DNA of 58,170 bases, filler included, from Dugesia japonica (lineage: Eukaryota): the NCBI GenBank assembly GCA_001938525.1. It is 6 parts of 6 records of this genome, joined end to end, with 100 filler letters (N's around TTAATTAATTAA, not from the genome) between each part and the next. Parts side by side here need not be neighbours in the genome. Positions count along the whole stretch, not along the records: positions 18,257 to 32,231 come from MQRL01629472.1; positions 32,332 to 40,514 come from MQRL01593313.1; 4 more parts are not named here. One strand, given 5' to 3'. Position 1 is the stretch's first letter, and every line of letters begins with the position of its first letter. The notes beneath the pieces are model-generated. The model worked only from the letters and a program-made list of their open reading frames with translations, was not told where the DNA came from and made no database searches. The position numbers and the translations under genes were made by a program. This document shows positions 25,441-39,182 of the stretch, piece after piece.

Positions 25441-27068
25441 GAGTCCGTAAAATTTTATAATAATTTTATATTTTAATAAAATTGTCAACAACTCTTGTTA
25501 TACCTTATTTACTATGTTTAATGTATTTTAATTAATTACTTCATTTGAATTTAATCCCNCAAACTTTCAAAACATATATTTTCCACATTATCATTTATTA
25601 GAATGATTTCACATCATTTGAAATGATTTGTGGTTTTTACTTTGATACGTATTCTAACCCAACATATTTATTTTCTGTCATTATTTTACCGATCTGATAG
25701 ATTTACAAGTCACTCAGTTTTACTTGGACATTTTGTGCACTTTATATTAATTCTGATTCATAACAATGATTGAACCCAATTTTGTTCTGTGTTTCATAAT
25801 CACTTTAAATGCCTGATAATAAAATTAGTTTTGGCACTACTACAAAGGGAAAATTTTCTGTTTTGCATAGGCAATATGAATTTATGAAGCATTGGAAATA
25901 TGAAAATAGTAATATTCAATGGTGTTTTAAACTTTAAAAGATCTGCAAATGTCAAGCCCGCTTACTAACAGAAAGAGGTAAAATCGCGGGTGATTGTGAT
26001 CCTCAGCATAATCATGATGGTTAGAAGAACACTTTTTTGATCAAACAAGCTGTTACTAAAATGAAAGAAAAAATTGGTGAAATATCACCTTCAACAACCG
26101 CAGTGATAGATTCTATAAGTATGGAGCATCAACCGGATGTTCTTTTAGCTTTACCAAAAAATGAATCTTTTAAATGTAATTTGCAGCAAAAACGCCAAAC
26201 GATATAGTTGGAGTCAGGATAGACATATGTTCTTCCGCCTCCAAAAGATATGACATTCAAATTTAACATTATAAGCACCACATTTAACTGTTTATTAATC
26301 ACCTTCTTAAATTTATATCAGGAATAAGTTATTGATTCAGATAAAAAAAACTACTAAGACATTATATTGACATATATATAATATATTCACACTGCAAACT
26401 CATTAATTATTTTGTCGTCTTTTACTAGATACAGTACTAAGGTTGGCATGACTTGTTCTAATTTAGTATTCAGTCTCTGAGCAGCTTTTCCTTGTTCCAA
26501 AATCTCCCTCTCAATTGGTCTTCCACGAGGAGTAGATTGAAGTGCGTTCCTGAGGTATTGTGCAACCCGGAACAGTAAATCTGCTAACGAATAATTTTGT
26601 CTGTACATGTCCTGTGTGCGCTTAACCTCCTCCTCCTATTTCTGTTCTAATTTGATCTTTAATTCCATGATTTCCTGTTTCTAATCTTTGATTTCTAGCG
26701 CCTGTAATTATATATTGTTCTGGTTTACCCACCAATGATCTCTAACAGTGCCAAAGTCGCTCCAGGAATCATATGAGACTAGCATCTGATTTAGTGGTGG
26801 CGTAGTGATACTCCACCCGTTTTGCGATGTAATTGCTTCCTTGAAGGAGATATTTCATGACATTTCTAAATTATTTTTGATCATAAGCATTATCATACTG
26901 AACTGCTAATTATATTAAATTAAATACCAGGTGCAAATCTCCGTTATTTATTTAATAATTCAACTTTAAAATTTTGTAAATAGAATGATTGTTTGAATTA
27001 AGGAGATAAAAATCCGTGGTGATGACTGGGCCACGTATTATTCTCGGGGACTATTACTTCCGGACTCG
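25441..27068 (+). mobile_element. MULE/Mutator-like element remnant with FLYWCH domain
   Basis: 25840-26260 translates TTKGK..VLHRQYEFMKH...IQWC....CKCQARL...HNHDG...KMKE...VLLALPKNESFK..LQ.KR. Possible termini are GAGTCCG (25441) and CGGACTC (27068). No TSD seen. Confidence 0.65.
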
Positions 27069-29899
27069 TTATTTTATAATACTTTAAGAGATTTTGAGTA
27101 GCGTAAGTAATTTTGGGGTGCTTTATCAAATGTGAAATTTAAATTTAAAGATATAATCGATAAAACTGTTCAATCATCGCCTTTTTGTAAACATGAAGAA
27201 CTTTATTAGTACAACACTAGGCATTATTGGTAAAACAATACTATTATTTACACAAAGGGATGTGTATGAGACTATAAAAAATAAAATTGTAAATTAACTC
27301 TGAGTATAGAGTTATGATAATTTTATTACTTATTGAACTTAATGAAATTTAAGGGTATAAATATAGATACAAAAAATGTTATGTAATTAAATCATTCGAA
27401 ATGATTATCTAATGATTCTATGAATCGAAATTAATGAATTAATTTTATTGCATAATTATCATTATCAGTAGTTTCAGAAAAGAGTTTGAAAATTAATCAT
27501 GATTATTTATAAGAACCAAATTATTATAACGTATAAAATTTAATTTTTTATCATAATTACAATGTATAATTTTACACCATTTTACAGTAAAACAAAACAG
27601 ATTCATTAATAATATTCTTAAACTACTCCGCAATACTCCAGACCATCGCTAGCAGCTTTTTTTGTAGTCTATACCTTTATTCACACTCTCAATTTTATTT
27701 ATCTTTATTACACGGTCTTCAAAATCTTCTTCAGAATTTGAGACGCACTTGCGCTGCACTGATTGTCTAATAGTATTTTGCCGATTCATCTTTGTACAGT
27801 ATAATTTCAATATTAATTCATTATCTTTAGGTCTGGCATGAGTGGAGAAGCTCGGATTGGCTCACAAAAAATTTTCTTAAATTACTTAATGATAATTGAT
27901 TCTTTAGAATTGAGTTCTCCAATAGTATTATTCAATTGAAATTTTGAAGCGTTTTTCTTAAAAGTGAGTATTTTCAAAATATAAATTTTTGTGTCTATAT
28001 TTTGTAGTTTCTGAGCATTGTTTTTATACCTCTTTTTGATTCAGGTAGGCCTAGCTGCATACTACGAGAAGCTACCAGAAATCATTCAATCAGGTTATTA
28101 TCATTAAAATTATAATCCATATCTTTCATATGCTGCTATCGTTTTAAATCTAGATTGTTCACCAATCTGTGATGCAGTTACTTTATTTCTTTGTGGTTGT
28201 TACACCATATTTTAAATTCGAATTTCTAGTTCATTGGTATTTTTCAATGCTTCATTGTTATTGTAATTGTAGGCCTGAAAATGAAAGTAAGTTGTTCAAA
28301 TTCAGAAAGGATAATGATCCTCAGTCAATATTCGAGAACACCTAAAAAAAACGTCAAAGAATTTATCAATTTATTCGATGCTTGTAGCATTACCCAGAAG
28401 AGAGGATTACTATATTTAGTAAAGATTTTGATGGCAACCTGATGAAGGAAATAAAATGTGATCCAAACTTTGAGAATACGAAGGTAGATATTAGTTTTTT
28501 GGAAAAACATCTTATCAATTTACTGGATGTTTAACCATAAAAAATTATTCACTTCAAAATATTTTTCTTTCCTCAAAATTTTAATTATTTTGTCCCCGGG
28601 GAAAATTGTCTTAGAGTCATTTTGCTTATTAAAATTTGCTTATAAAGTTTTTTCTCGATGTTTTCAATGACTAGACTGCTAATGTTGATGGTATTAGCAC
28701 AGTTTTTAATTCTTTGTGCAAAATTTAAAAGTCAATGATTTTGATTTATTAATTTCAGTAGATAGAAGTTCAAGATTTTTCATATATTTCTGTATTAAAA
28801 AATTCTAATTGATTTTCTCGTTAATTTTTGTTTTTTATGTACATTAAAAAGTCTTTATGATTAGATAAAAGAACTGAGCCAAGATCTATAATGGAATTTA
28901 AGAGAAGTGAGGTTTTTTAAGTTGAATTTTGAAATTGTGAGCTTTTCAGTTTGGAAAGGGCATCTCTATAAGATTTAGAGGCACGATCTTTGATGTTATC
29001 ATCATATACTGAATTAACTATAACCGTAAAAGTGTCTTTATCGGACTTCACATTATATTTTGGGACTTCTTAAGTAGCAGTATCTTTATTAATCGGCTGG
29101 TGAATTGGTTCTCTAGATTGGTTCAAAGAAATCCTTATGTCTTTAAAGAAAGATGAATGGACGGAAGAATTAGACTTTTGGTTAAAAGAGAGTATTTAGG
29201 ATTACTGCATTTTCAAATTTTTTCAATTATCGAATTCTAATTGTAAACAACTCAATATCCAGTTCCCCAATGGTATCTTCTTGTACCAGTTATGTTATTA
29301 CATGACAACGAAGATCTGTGGAAATAAAAGAAGTATTAATTATAGAATCAAGTATTAAAGGTTAATGACGTCATCATGATGACCAGGATAAATGANNNNN
29401 NNNNNNNNNNNNNNNNNNNNNNNNNNNNNNNNNNNNNNNNNNNNNTGTCTTTAAAGAAAGATGAATGGACGGAAGAATTAGACTTTTGGTTAAAAGAGAG
29501 TATTTAGGATTACTGCATTTTCAAATTTTTTCAATTATCGAATTCTAATTGTAAACAACTCAATATCCAGTTCCCCAATGGTATCTTCTTGTACCAGTTA
29601 TGTTATTACATGACAACGAAGATCTGTGNAAATAAAAGAAGTATTAATTATAGAATCAAGTATTAAAGGTTAATGACGTCATCATGATGACCAGGATAAA
29701 TGATGTCCAATATATTTAAATTTATTTTAAACCAAAATAAATGATCATATTATGAAAAATTTAATCTTTATATATGTTTTGATTGAGTATCTAATTAAAA
29801 AACCAAGACAAAATTCTTGTGGTTTCAAAAGCATTTGTGGTAATAAAAATATTGGATAACTCACATATTATATTCACAAAAAAATCATTTTTTCTAAAC

Positions 29900-30810
29900 T
29901 TGCTTATCCCCAGTTTTAACCGCTATGGTTTTTGAAAATCCTTTCATCTATGCATACGTACGCAAAACCATATTTGATGAATTAAATTTTAGTTGACATC
30001 ACAAGGCGTTTGTTTTTGCTATTTTCAGATTTTTAATATCATGTTTATAGATGTTGAAATTTCTAAGAAATACAAAAGAACATTCATGGTTTACTGTTTT
30101 GAACATTACATCAAATTCTAATATTTTCAATATGTATAGATTTTAATGAAAACGATTTGTTTTATGTTTAACTTTACTAAACAAACAAAATTTTGTCTGC
30201 ATAAAAGACTAAAAAACCAGTTGGTCTTTAATGTCGTTTGCAGCCATTAAAACAAATTGTGAATAACCGAAATTCCTTCATTGGGCTTTTTGTCAACAGT
30301 CTTTTTCATAACTTGACTGAAATGGGTCTTTAAATGACATCATAAAACTTTGTTAGATGACGTGGTAACAGTATTATGATCGCTGCTATGAACTTGATGG
30401 TGGTATTCCAAGCTTGCTCAAGAGCATGATGTCTTGCAACCTGAAAGTAGACTTTTATAATTATCTCATTGGAGTCTGGAATACACAAGCTTTCTTTGAC
30501 ATGTGGTAGCACAACTGGTCTAAGTTGAAACCGTTGAGAAAATAATAGATTTAATGAACTTTGCCTTGGACGAAAACACTCAGTTATATTGGATTTTACT
30601 ATATTCATGAAGTACTAACTGTCTTATCTAATTCGCAATCCACTTTGTATTGGTTTTATCTGGTTGTACTAAAGAATTGGTTAGATTTATATATTCTGCA
30701 AAAANCTTNTTCATCCTCTATCGTCTACAAAGACAATATTTCTGCCGGAGTTTTTCCAGCCTTCTTAAAAATTTGCTTTTCTTCATCTGTGTCAGTTGTC
30801 TTTCCATCAG
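29900..30810 (-). mobile_element. piggyBac-like transposase remnant
   Basis: Fragments in the expected order across frameshifts: IVKSNITE..FRP, KSIIF/GFN, KKPNE.I..HN, KTNWFLVFY. Confidence 0.5.
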
Positions 30811-30884
30811 CATAAGAATGCAAACCAAATTAATTATGAATTAATATCAAGCCTTTATGCTCTCAACTAAAGGTTGCAAAAAAT

Positions 30885-30975
30885 ATCAATTCCTAATGAA
30901 GACTAAAATTCAAAATATTATCAAAAAACAAAAAAAAGATCGAAGCTTTTATTTTAATAATACCGAAATTAAACT
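30885..30975 (+). mobile_element. Degenerate hammerhead-family element copy
   Basis: caattc CTAATGA A GAC ... then tail gatcgaagcttttattttaat. Confidence 0.55.
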
Positions 30976-31812
30976 TAAAAGCCACTTTTGGTCTTTACGA
31001 ACTTCTAATGCACTGGAATAAATATTTCAAATGTTTTTGGCAGCAACTGTTGCTCTACTACCCTTGTGAAACCTCTTCTGGTTTTTTGCTGCCTATTTCA
31101 CATAAAATAAATTAAAGTACAAAATAAATTAAAGATATAATTATTTACAAATAAACAAGTCACTATATTCTTAAAATGTCTTTGACACGACGTTAAATTA
31201 AATAATGAGCTGATTAAAGGTAAATAAATGTTTAAATGCTCAAAAATGTCATTGTATTTTGGTCTTTTTAATATTCTTTATTCAAATATTAATATTCAAT
31301 ATACAATATTATTATCCTTTGATCAATCTATAGTAATTCCAGGTTTCCTTTTATTCTGGATATTTTTTCATAAGATTTATTTGTAAAATATTTTTAAAGA
31401 TTATATATAAATCAAAATAAAATCAATTCATGCAGAACAATAACACCATTTTTTATGACTATTCAGTCGATTCTTTGGATATTGCTATTTATAAACCTGA
31501 TATATAATTATATTGTTACGTAGGCTAAATATCTAATTTATACAAACGTACCTATTCGGCTTATATCCCTTTACCTCCACAGTACGAACGTAATATATTG
31601 ATGACCACTACGTGCAATAACAAAATTGTTACTNNNNNNNNNNNNNNNNNNNNNNNNNNNNNNNNNNNNNNNNNNNNNNNNNNNNNNNNNNNNNNNNNNN
31701 NNNNNNNNNNNNNNNNNNNNNNNNNNNNNNNNNNNNNNNNNNNNNNNNNNNNNNNNNNNNNNNNNNNNNNNNNNNNNNNNNNNNNNNNNNNNNNNNNNNN
31801 NNNNNNNNNNNN

Positions 31813-32231
31813 TGTATTATCAGGTAGAGCTCGAAGAAGAACCTCAAAAAAAGGCGTTTTCAACGAAGCATGGAAAATATTGTTTTAATGGAATGCCATT
31901 TGGCATTGCAGCGACATCAGGTACATTTCAGGAAATGATGACAAAACTGCTAGGCGGAATCAATTGATCTATCGTTTATTTTGATAACATTCTGATATTT
32001 ACGAACAATAAAGATTAACACTATCAGTAATTGAAAGGGTATTGACGGAAATATTGAAGGCTGGTCTAAGAATTAGTCTAGAAAAGGATCAGTTTCTTCA
32101 AAGCAAAATCATATTTCTTGGACACATAATTAGCAGGGATGGAGTTAAGACTGATCCGTCTATAATAGAAGCTATAAGAACATTTGGCAAACCTAACTGT
32201 GTGAAGAAGATGCAAAGTTTCTTAGGAATTT
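31813..32231 (+). mobile_element. Ty3/Gypsy reverse transcriptase fragment
   Basis: YYQVEL...KAFST..GKYCF..MPFG...TFQ..M, IVYFDNILIF (decayed YxDD), FLGHIISRDGVKTDP. Confidence 0.9.
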
Positions 32232-32331
32232 NNNNNNNNNNNNNNNNNNNNNNNNNNNNNNNNNNNNNNNNNNNNTTAATTAATTAANNNNNNNNNNNNN
32301 NNNNNNNNNNNNNNNNNNNNNNNNNNNNNNN

Positions 32332-32980
32332 TCATAATAACCATGATAATAATGATAATAATAATAACGGTAATCGTAACTATAATGGTGACGATGATGT
32401 TAATAATAATAATAATGATAATCATAATTATAATAATAATGACACCACTCATCTTATCTCAATGATTGGAATAGTAATAATAACGTCAGCCATAAGANNN
32501 NNNNNNNNNNNNNNNNNNNNNNNNNNNNNNNNNNNNNNNNNNNNNNNNNNNNNNNNNNNNNCTACAAAGAATAGTTACTACTATCCATTATTATTAATAT
32601 GATGACTCGTCACAATAAAGGACAACAATCCACTGAATAATATTAATTAACATTGTCGATCACTATTAATAATCTTAACAATATTGATAGCACTAGTAAT
32701 AAGGATTTTTAAGGATAAAAGTAATATTTTCGATTCCAATAAGGATAATAATTGCGGTGAGAATGTTAATAATAGTAATAAGAATAATATGATTCATAAT
32801 ATTAAAGATGATACTACCAATAATGCAAATAGTGGCAATAATAATAGCAATAACAAAATTAATAATAAGGATACTAACGATGATAATAAATATACCATCG
32901 AGATTACTAAGGATAATAATCCTAATAATAACAATAATAATAATGATAATGATCATAATAATAATGATAATAATAATTAC
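32332..32980. repeat. Degenerate (AAT)n microsatellite; further tracts at 50240-50460, 52560-52750 and 58095-58170
   Basis: Directly visible. The poly-N, poly-I and poly-Y ORFs are by-products. Confidence 0.9.
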
Positions 32981-33454
32981 ATAGAGGACACTTTTTACTA
33001 AGCTTTATATAAATTATGAGGGACGATGAAGTTTCGCCTTTTTTCTCATAACAAAAATTATATTTCTTCGATATGATAAAATTNAATCAATTAGACCAAT
33101 TCTAAACTTTAAAAAAGTCGTGGAATACGGTTGCCTAGCGTTAATTAACAAGTTAGTGGTTAGCAATACACAGCGGAAATTAGATACTAGTAGGTGTGTA
33201 TGTACAAATGAATTATTTTGCTAACTGATTAATCAATTTCTATTATTATGGTATAAATCATCTATCACTACTACTTAGAATGCAATATTGATTCTCTAAT
33301 GGTATATGTTCCATTGGGAACCGGGGAAAACGACTTATGCCTAAAGTCGAATTTAATTTCATCAAATCTTTTAATTGGTAGATCATATGGTTGGGATCAT
33401 GCTACCCAAATAAATTTATTCGACAACAAATGGGAAAACAAAAACGTATTTAGA

Positions 33455-34478
33455 TGTTATTGGAATAATTGTATATTAGAATATTAATTAAAATATAAAA
33501 ATTTATAACATTCAACTTGCAACTTATATTAAATCCATATTACATAACAAACCCTTACTATAGAATTTTCAATAGGAATTTCTGCAACGGCTGATAACCA
33601 CAAGAGGCAAATGAACTATTTTCCCTGTCGGTTGATAACGAGAGTTACAACTTCTGTTTTTCCGATGCGCGATAACTGACTTTAAATATTTTCTGCTTCG
33701 TGGTAAAATTCTGCTGGGTTCTTTCCTTTTGAAATATAACGACTATTGATGTTAACAGTGTTTCTCGTAAGGGTTTTATAAAATTTGTTTTTTTGACAAA
33801 TGCTTCTGTTAATTTCATGATTCCTTATATATGAATTTTCTTTACACCCCAACTTCTTACAGATTCGCTAGTTATTTTTAACTGGAATTTTAGGCTTCCT
33901 CTTGGTTCTAGTGCCAATTCTCTAAAATATTTTCAGAGTTTTGGAGCCGCAATTGGTGGTTATTTTTGGAATGACACATGATAATTGTGTCTTTGTTTTA
34001 TTTTTATTTTTACGTTTCTTATTGGCCCGATCTTGAAAGCCCTGCAGCAACCTTCTGGATGGTGGTAGGATTTTTTTTTCTTACGATTTTCTTTCTGGAT
34101 TTTCTTACCCAGATTCCCTCTGATTTTCCTGAATGGAGTTATTCGGGTAAAACGGATTTTTGACTAATTTGATTTCTTTTTATTTCAAAATTAATTAATA
34201 TTTTTCTGTTAATTTATTATTTTCCCATAATGATTTTCTTGATTTTTATTATGAATTTGATAATTTCTTTTAATTCCCAATACTAATATATGTTAGTTTT
34301 ATGTCACTCGGTTCTTCGTATCCATCTCTAATTTTATTTTGTTCTTTTTCCAATGGTTATTTCACCCTTTATCTTTTGCATTTCATTATTGGTAAATATA
34401 ATGGTCCTGCCGTTCCTTTTTGCTGATTTGGGTTTTTTGGCCTTATTTCCTTTTTTTAACGGGTGTTTCACCCCAACA
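33455..34478 (-). repeat. Putative solo-LTR family copy B
   Basis: Begins TGTTGGGGTGAAACACCC on the minus strand. Shares taactccattcag.aaaatcag and aaaaata.ccaccaat with copy C. The left end is approximate. Confidence 0.6.
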
Positions 34479-34575
34479 ATTTTATTATTAATATAATTAA
34501 CAACTATGTTTTCTAAATATTGCATACGTTTTTATGGAATTACATTTGGAGTTATCAGTGAATAAACTAGTTTTC

Positions 34576-35120
34576 ATGGACAGAATCGCTTTTCGTGCTA
34601 TTATACTTCACAGATTTAAACTCTTGAACAATGGAACAGAACACACTGAAAATATAAACAAATGTTGGTTGATGTTATAGCAGGTTCACATATCATGAAG
34701 AGGTGGTTTCAGAAATTCCAAAGTGGAAGTGAGTTTTTTAAAGATAAAGAAAGTATCGGAAAAACTTATGGTATTGATGAAGAGTTTCTAAAATAAATAG
34801 TCCAGGAATACCCTAGGAAAAGTGTGACAGAGATAGTAGATAGAAGCTGATCGGAAAGTGAAGAAACTGGATGATAACTGCAAACGTTTTCTTACAACCA
34901 GCCGGGAGAAACCATCTTTGCGGACATCTTTCTTTGAACATTTAGTGAAAATGTGCAAAATATGATGCAAATACAGCCAACTTTTATCAAACGAAAGGAT
35001 CCATTACTCCTTCATGAAAGCGTACTTCTTAATGTTTCACGATTGATCGTACAAAAACTACATAAGTTAGGATTTGAAACTCTTGCTCTTCTTTTTCTTA
35101 ATTCACTTTGGATTTCTATT
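34576..35120 (+). mobile_element. Internally deleted mariner element
   Basis: MDRIAFRAIILHRFKL...RWFQKFQSG..FFKD (N-terminal HTH) joined to RKDPLLLHE...VSRLIVQKLHKLGFETL (C-terminal). Confidence 0.85.
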
Positions 35121-36569
35121 TCGAAATTTCCTTTTTAAACTATTTTTATATTTGTTTTCTTTTGTTGAAGTATATAATTAGTTTTTTTGGAAATTTTTGT
35201 AATATTTTTATTTCTGTAATTATGGATTTTTATTGTTATATTCTTTTATCTTAAATTAGTTTTGAACTGAAAATTTATTAATTTCATATTAAATTAATTA
35301 ATTACTATTTTATCGTTTAAACTTTTCTTAGTATTAGCTTAATTATTTCCAAATGATTCGAGATGAGAGTAACATAAGCATTTGATTGTATTTTTAGATA
35401 TTCAAAACAAAAGGATACTAGTACATCGGTCTAAGTAATTTATATTTTTCTGGGGATGAGGTTCCCTACCCTGAAGAGAGGTATTTAACTTAAGGAATTC
35501 TTCATATATAGACTGCTAACTGTAAATTATCACCTAGATCTCGTTACCATCGCTTATATCTTTCGATCTAATGAAGTTCCAGGTCAAAAATGACCATCTG
35601 TGATCTTAGTTCTGTGATTCAGAATTCCTTTCTCCATGTTCCTCGTTTTCTTTAACATTTTTACGGGCATTTGAAAGGCAGTCCTTCTAATTCTTTTTCA
35701 TCTGGTTCTGCGATATTTTATTTGCTGTCATTTTCCCCTTTCATTTCTCTTTTCTTTTATCATCAAGTGATTCTGTCTTTTCCTAGTCACTGTACCGACA
35801 CTTTTATGATAGTACTTTTCATGCTTTTCTAGCTATCCTGTTGTGCTGTAACGCGCGTAACAGTTTTCATATTTGCAGTTATATTTATTTCTTGTCGTTT
35901 CTTTTTATATATTTATTTATCTCATTCTTTTCCTTTTCTATAAACTTATATTTTCATTCATTTTGTATTTTTCTCCTTTTCCTTATTTTCTTCTGCAACT
36001 TCTTTTTCTATGTTTCTTTTATTTCTTTTAATCTCCTTTGGTCACCTTTGGCTTCTTTCCCTACTATCGATTTGAAATAATATTTCTAAGATTTTTTCTT
36101 TCCATTTTTGTTTCTGGTTCTTTTCAAAACCTATGACTCACGCGTTTTATTGGTAGAGCCGATTATTCAAATATCCCATAAATTATCTCACCATGGTCAA
36201 TTTTCCTTCTTTCCAAAAACAGATTAAATACCTTCTAATTTATTTGCGTATTCCCAAACATATATAAACTGAGTTAGTGATCTTACTTGGTTTCAGTTGA
36301 ATCATCTAACTTATTCTGCTTACTAGTTATATTATATGATCTGGGAACTGTCATATTCATTTTTTAGTTAAAAGTTACTAGAATTAATTTTCATCATTGT
36401 AAAACAAAACTATTAGATATTAAAATATTTCTATAAACAAGGATTTATTATACTAAAAATTATCATTTAAAAATATGCAGAACTAAGAAGAATGTTTAAA
36501 GATTCATTTAAATTTACTGATAACATAGAGCATAGATAAAGATAATAATATAGAATAACGTGACTACAG

Positions 36570-38500
36570 CGGTGACCATACAATTCGACACAATACAAAT
36601 CGATACATGACAAATCGACAAATCGGTTCACAGACAAATCGACACATTTTCATCATTTATAATTTTTTAATATTTTTTATTATTCTTAATAACTTTTACT
36701 GGTAATTATAATAAGTCATTTGGTATAACTTTTAATAATGAATTTTTTTGGTATAACTTTTACTCTAATTTTTGTATTTTTCATTTCTAATAATCGACAC
36801 AATAATAATTCCGTATCATATTTAATTTATTTTTTATTTTAATTTTATTTATTTCAATAAGAGATTTAACGCACATAGATTTTTTAAATTTGTCACATTA
36901 TATGTAAGATAAGATAATTGCTATAATAAAATAACTAAAAAAAATATACATAACAGTCAACATTTGACATAAAAAATGTAAATAATTTGAAGATTTGACA
37001 GTACAAGAAAAACGTTTATTCTCTGAATTACATTATACTGTAAAAACTACTTTATTTTAACTTGTTACTTCTGCCAGTTGACTAACCTTCCCCAATATTT
37101 CAGTTTTCCCTGTTCCCCTTGATATCCCTGCACAACGTTTGAAACTATCTCTTACAAATATTTATATTTCTGTAATTTTACTTCTGGTCGACCTGTGCCA
37201 TGCAATGTTTTTTGGAGACCATCAAACAAATGCTAAATACCGGGGATAATACAGTGGAATAAAAAATTGATCAAATTCTCGAAGCTTTCACAACAGTTTG
37301 TAGTCTTAGATGACCCTTCCGCTGCTGTCTCGTGATGATTCTAAACTCTGATTGGAAACTGAGGATCTCTACCTGCTGCACATTCAATGTATGTTGAGAA
37401 AAGGTAGGTCAGTACATTATTTTAATAATTTTCATCAGTTAACGTAGTTGCCAGCTGATCAAACATGTTCCTAACATCATCGATTTGAACAAACGTTAAA
37501 GCTGCCAAGGACTTTAACTTCAATTTAAAGTCGATTTTAGTTTCAAAATCACTTTTGAAATCAACACTATTTATCTTCTTGATCACAAATAAAAATAGCA
37601 TTCTTTGACCTCAGCATGTGGAAAGACAATTCGAGCTGATATTCTCAAAATACACCAGGACTTTTTGCAGTGAAATATCTGTCAATAGTTCCTTAAGAAT
37701 TTGAAAAATTCTGCTGTAGGTACGCTGAACTTTCCGCTGCAATAAGCAGTAAATGCACGGAGGATATGAATTACCAACTCAAACATGCTAGGTGTAAAGT
37801 TGGTAAAAAATATTGGGACTTATCAAATGTACCATTACCAAAGATAGTATCTTTAACCAGCTTATTTACAAATCTCTATCTTCTAGTGCCTAAATTCTGT
37901 TAGATCATGCTCTCCAGAGTCATGAAGAATAAAAGGTTTATATTTATCAACAATGACATATTCTGGAGTGGTTGGATTAAACATGTAGACTCCATCTCTT
38001 TGACGTAACAGATTTCTAGAAATAGAAGACGGCTTTGGCAAATAAGATAAGATATCACTGTTAACTTGTGATAGGATAGTTCCCAAAAACATTCTTGTAG
38101 AAGTACCAACTGAGTTCATCACCAGCTTCATTTTACCTTTTTTGATTTTAGCTTATGCAGGTTGTGGACACGAGTCACAACAATGGTTTGTAACTACACT
38201 TTGCATGATTCCGCTTTTGTTCTTATGTTGAGGTTTGAGATACATACAAGCACAAAATATACATAAAATAATAACAAAACCCCAAATCAAAAATTCGCAA
38301 ATCAAATTCAAAGAACAAGATCAACCAAGATCAATCAATGACCAAGATCAATCAACGCTGGCAAAATACCCTTCTGACATTGTATCTTTCATTGGAATTT
38401 AATTGATAAAATATTTTTATTTTAATTAATTGGAATTACAATTGACATTATATTTTACTGTAATTATTGTTTATTTTAACTATTGTGTATATCGAACTGG
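36570..38500 (-). mobile_element. MULE transposase remnant with subterminal acaaatcgac repeats
   Basis: GTFDK.P.FF.QLYT, PPCIYCLL.RK...TY.RIF, VFPHAEVKECYF, KSLAALTFV and TTNCCE motifs. Repeats at 36582-36645. Confidence 0.85.
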
Positions 38501-39182
38501 TGAACTTTATTATTATCAAAAATTTTTAGACTTTGTAATTATGTGATTTTATTATTCGGGAAATTTTAGTTTATTATAAAAAAATTTTAATTGTAAGTAA
38601 AAAGTTTATGTTTATATCACTAGGTCAATGCATGAGGCCTAGTGCAAAATTGACTATAAATACTGATGTATGTCAGTTTATTTTCGAACAATTTCAATTA
38701 AGGAAACCTCTTTCTTTAAGTGACTTTCCTCCTTTAAATAACTTATTGCGTATAAGTGTACATCCTGAATAAATATTTTAAAGTGATTATTTATTTCNNN
38801 NNNNNNNNNNNNNNNNNNNNNNNNNNNNNNNNNNNNNNNNNNNNNNNATAACTTTATCTATATTGTTTTCTAGTAAATTATCATTTATATAATATCTGTA
38901 CTTACATACAATATCACATACCACGAAACATAAATCTTTGTTGAGTTAAATACCCAACACTTATAAAAGCCTTGTACTAGACATAGTGATGTACTCTGCA
39001 CCTCAAAGTTACCACATCATTGTCTGTATTTTCTCGAAATTTAGAATATGCGAAACCAAGATAAATCAAAACTTGGTTTCTTCATTGAGTCTTTGAAATT
39101 CATTGGGAGCTCTGTTTATAGACAAATAAAAGCGTTTCATTTGTAAAGAACACTAAAATTCGAGAATATAAAAAATCATTAT

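Noticed and set aside
32684-33001. Asn-, Ile- and Tyr-rich ORFs (also 50201-50579)
   Set aside because: They are translations of AAT microsatellites.
35465-35500. CTGAAGA followed by a small stem (also CTGACGA near 40341)
   Set aside because: There is no GAAA, stem III or stem I complement, so these were not counted as hammerheads.
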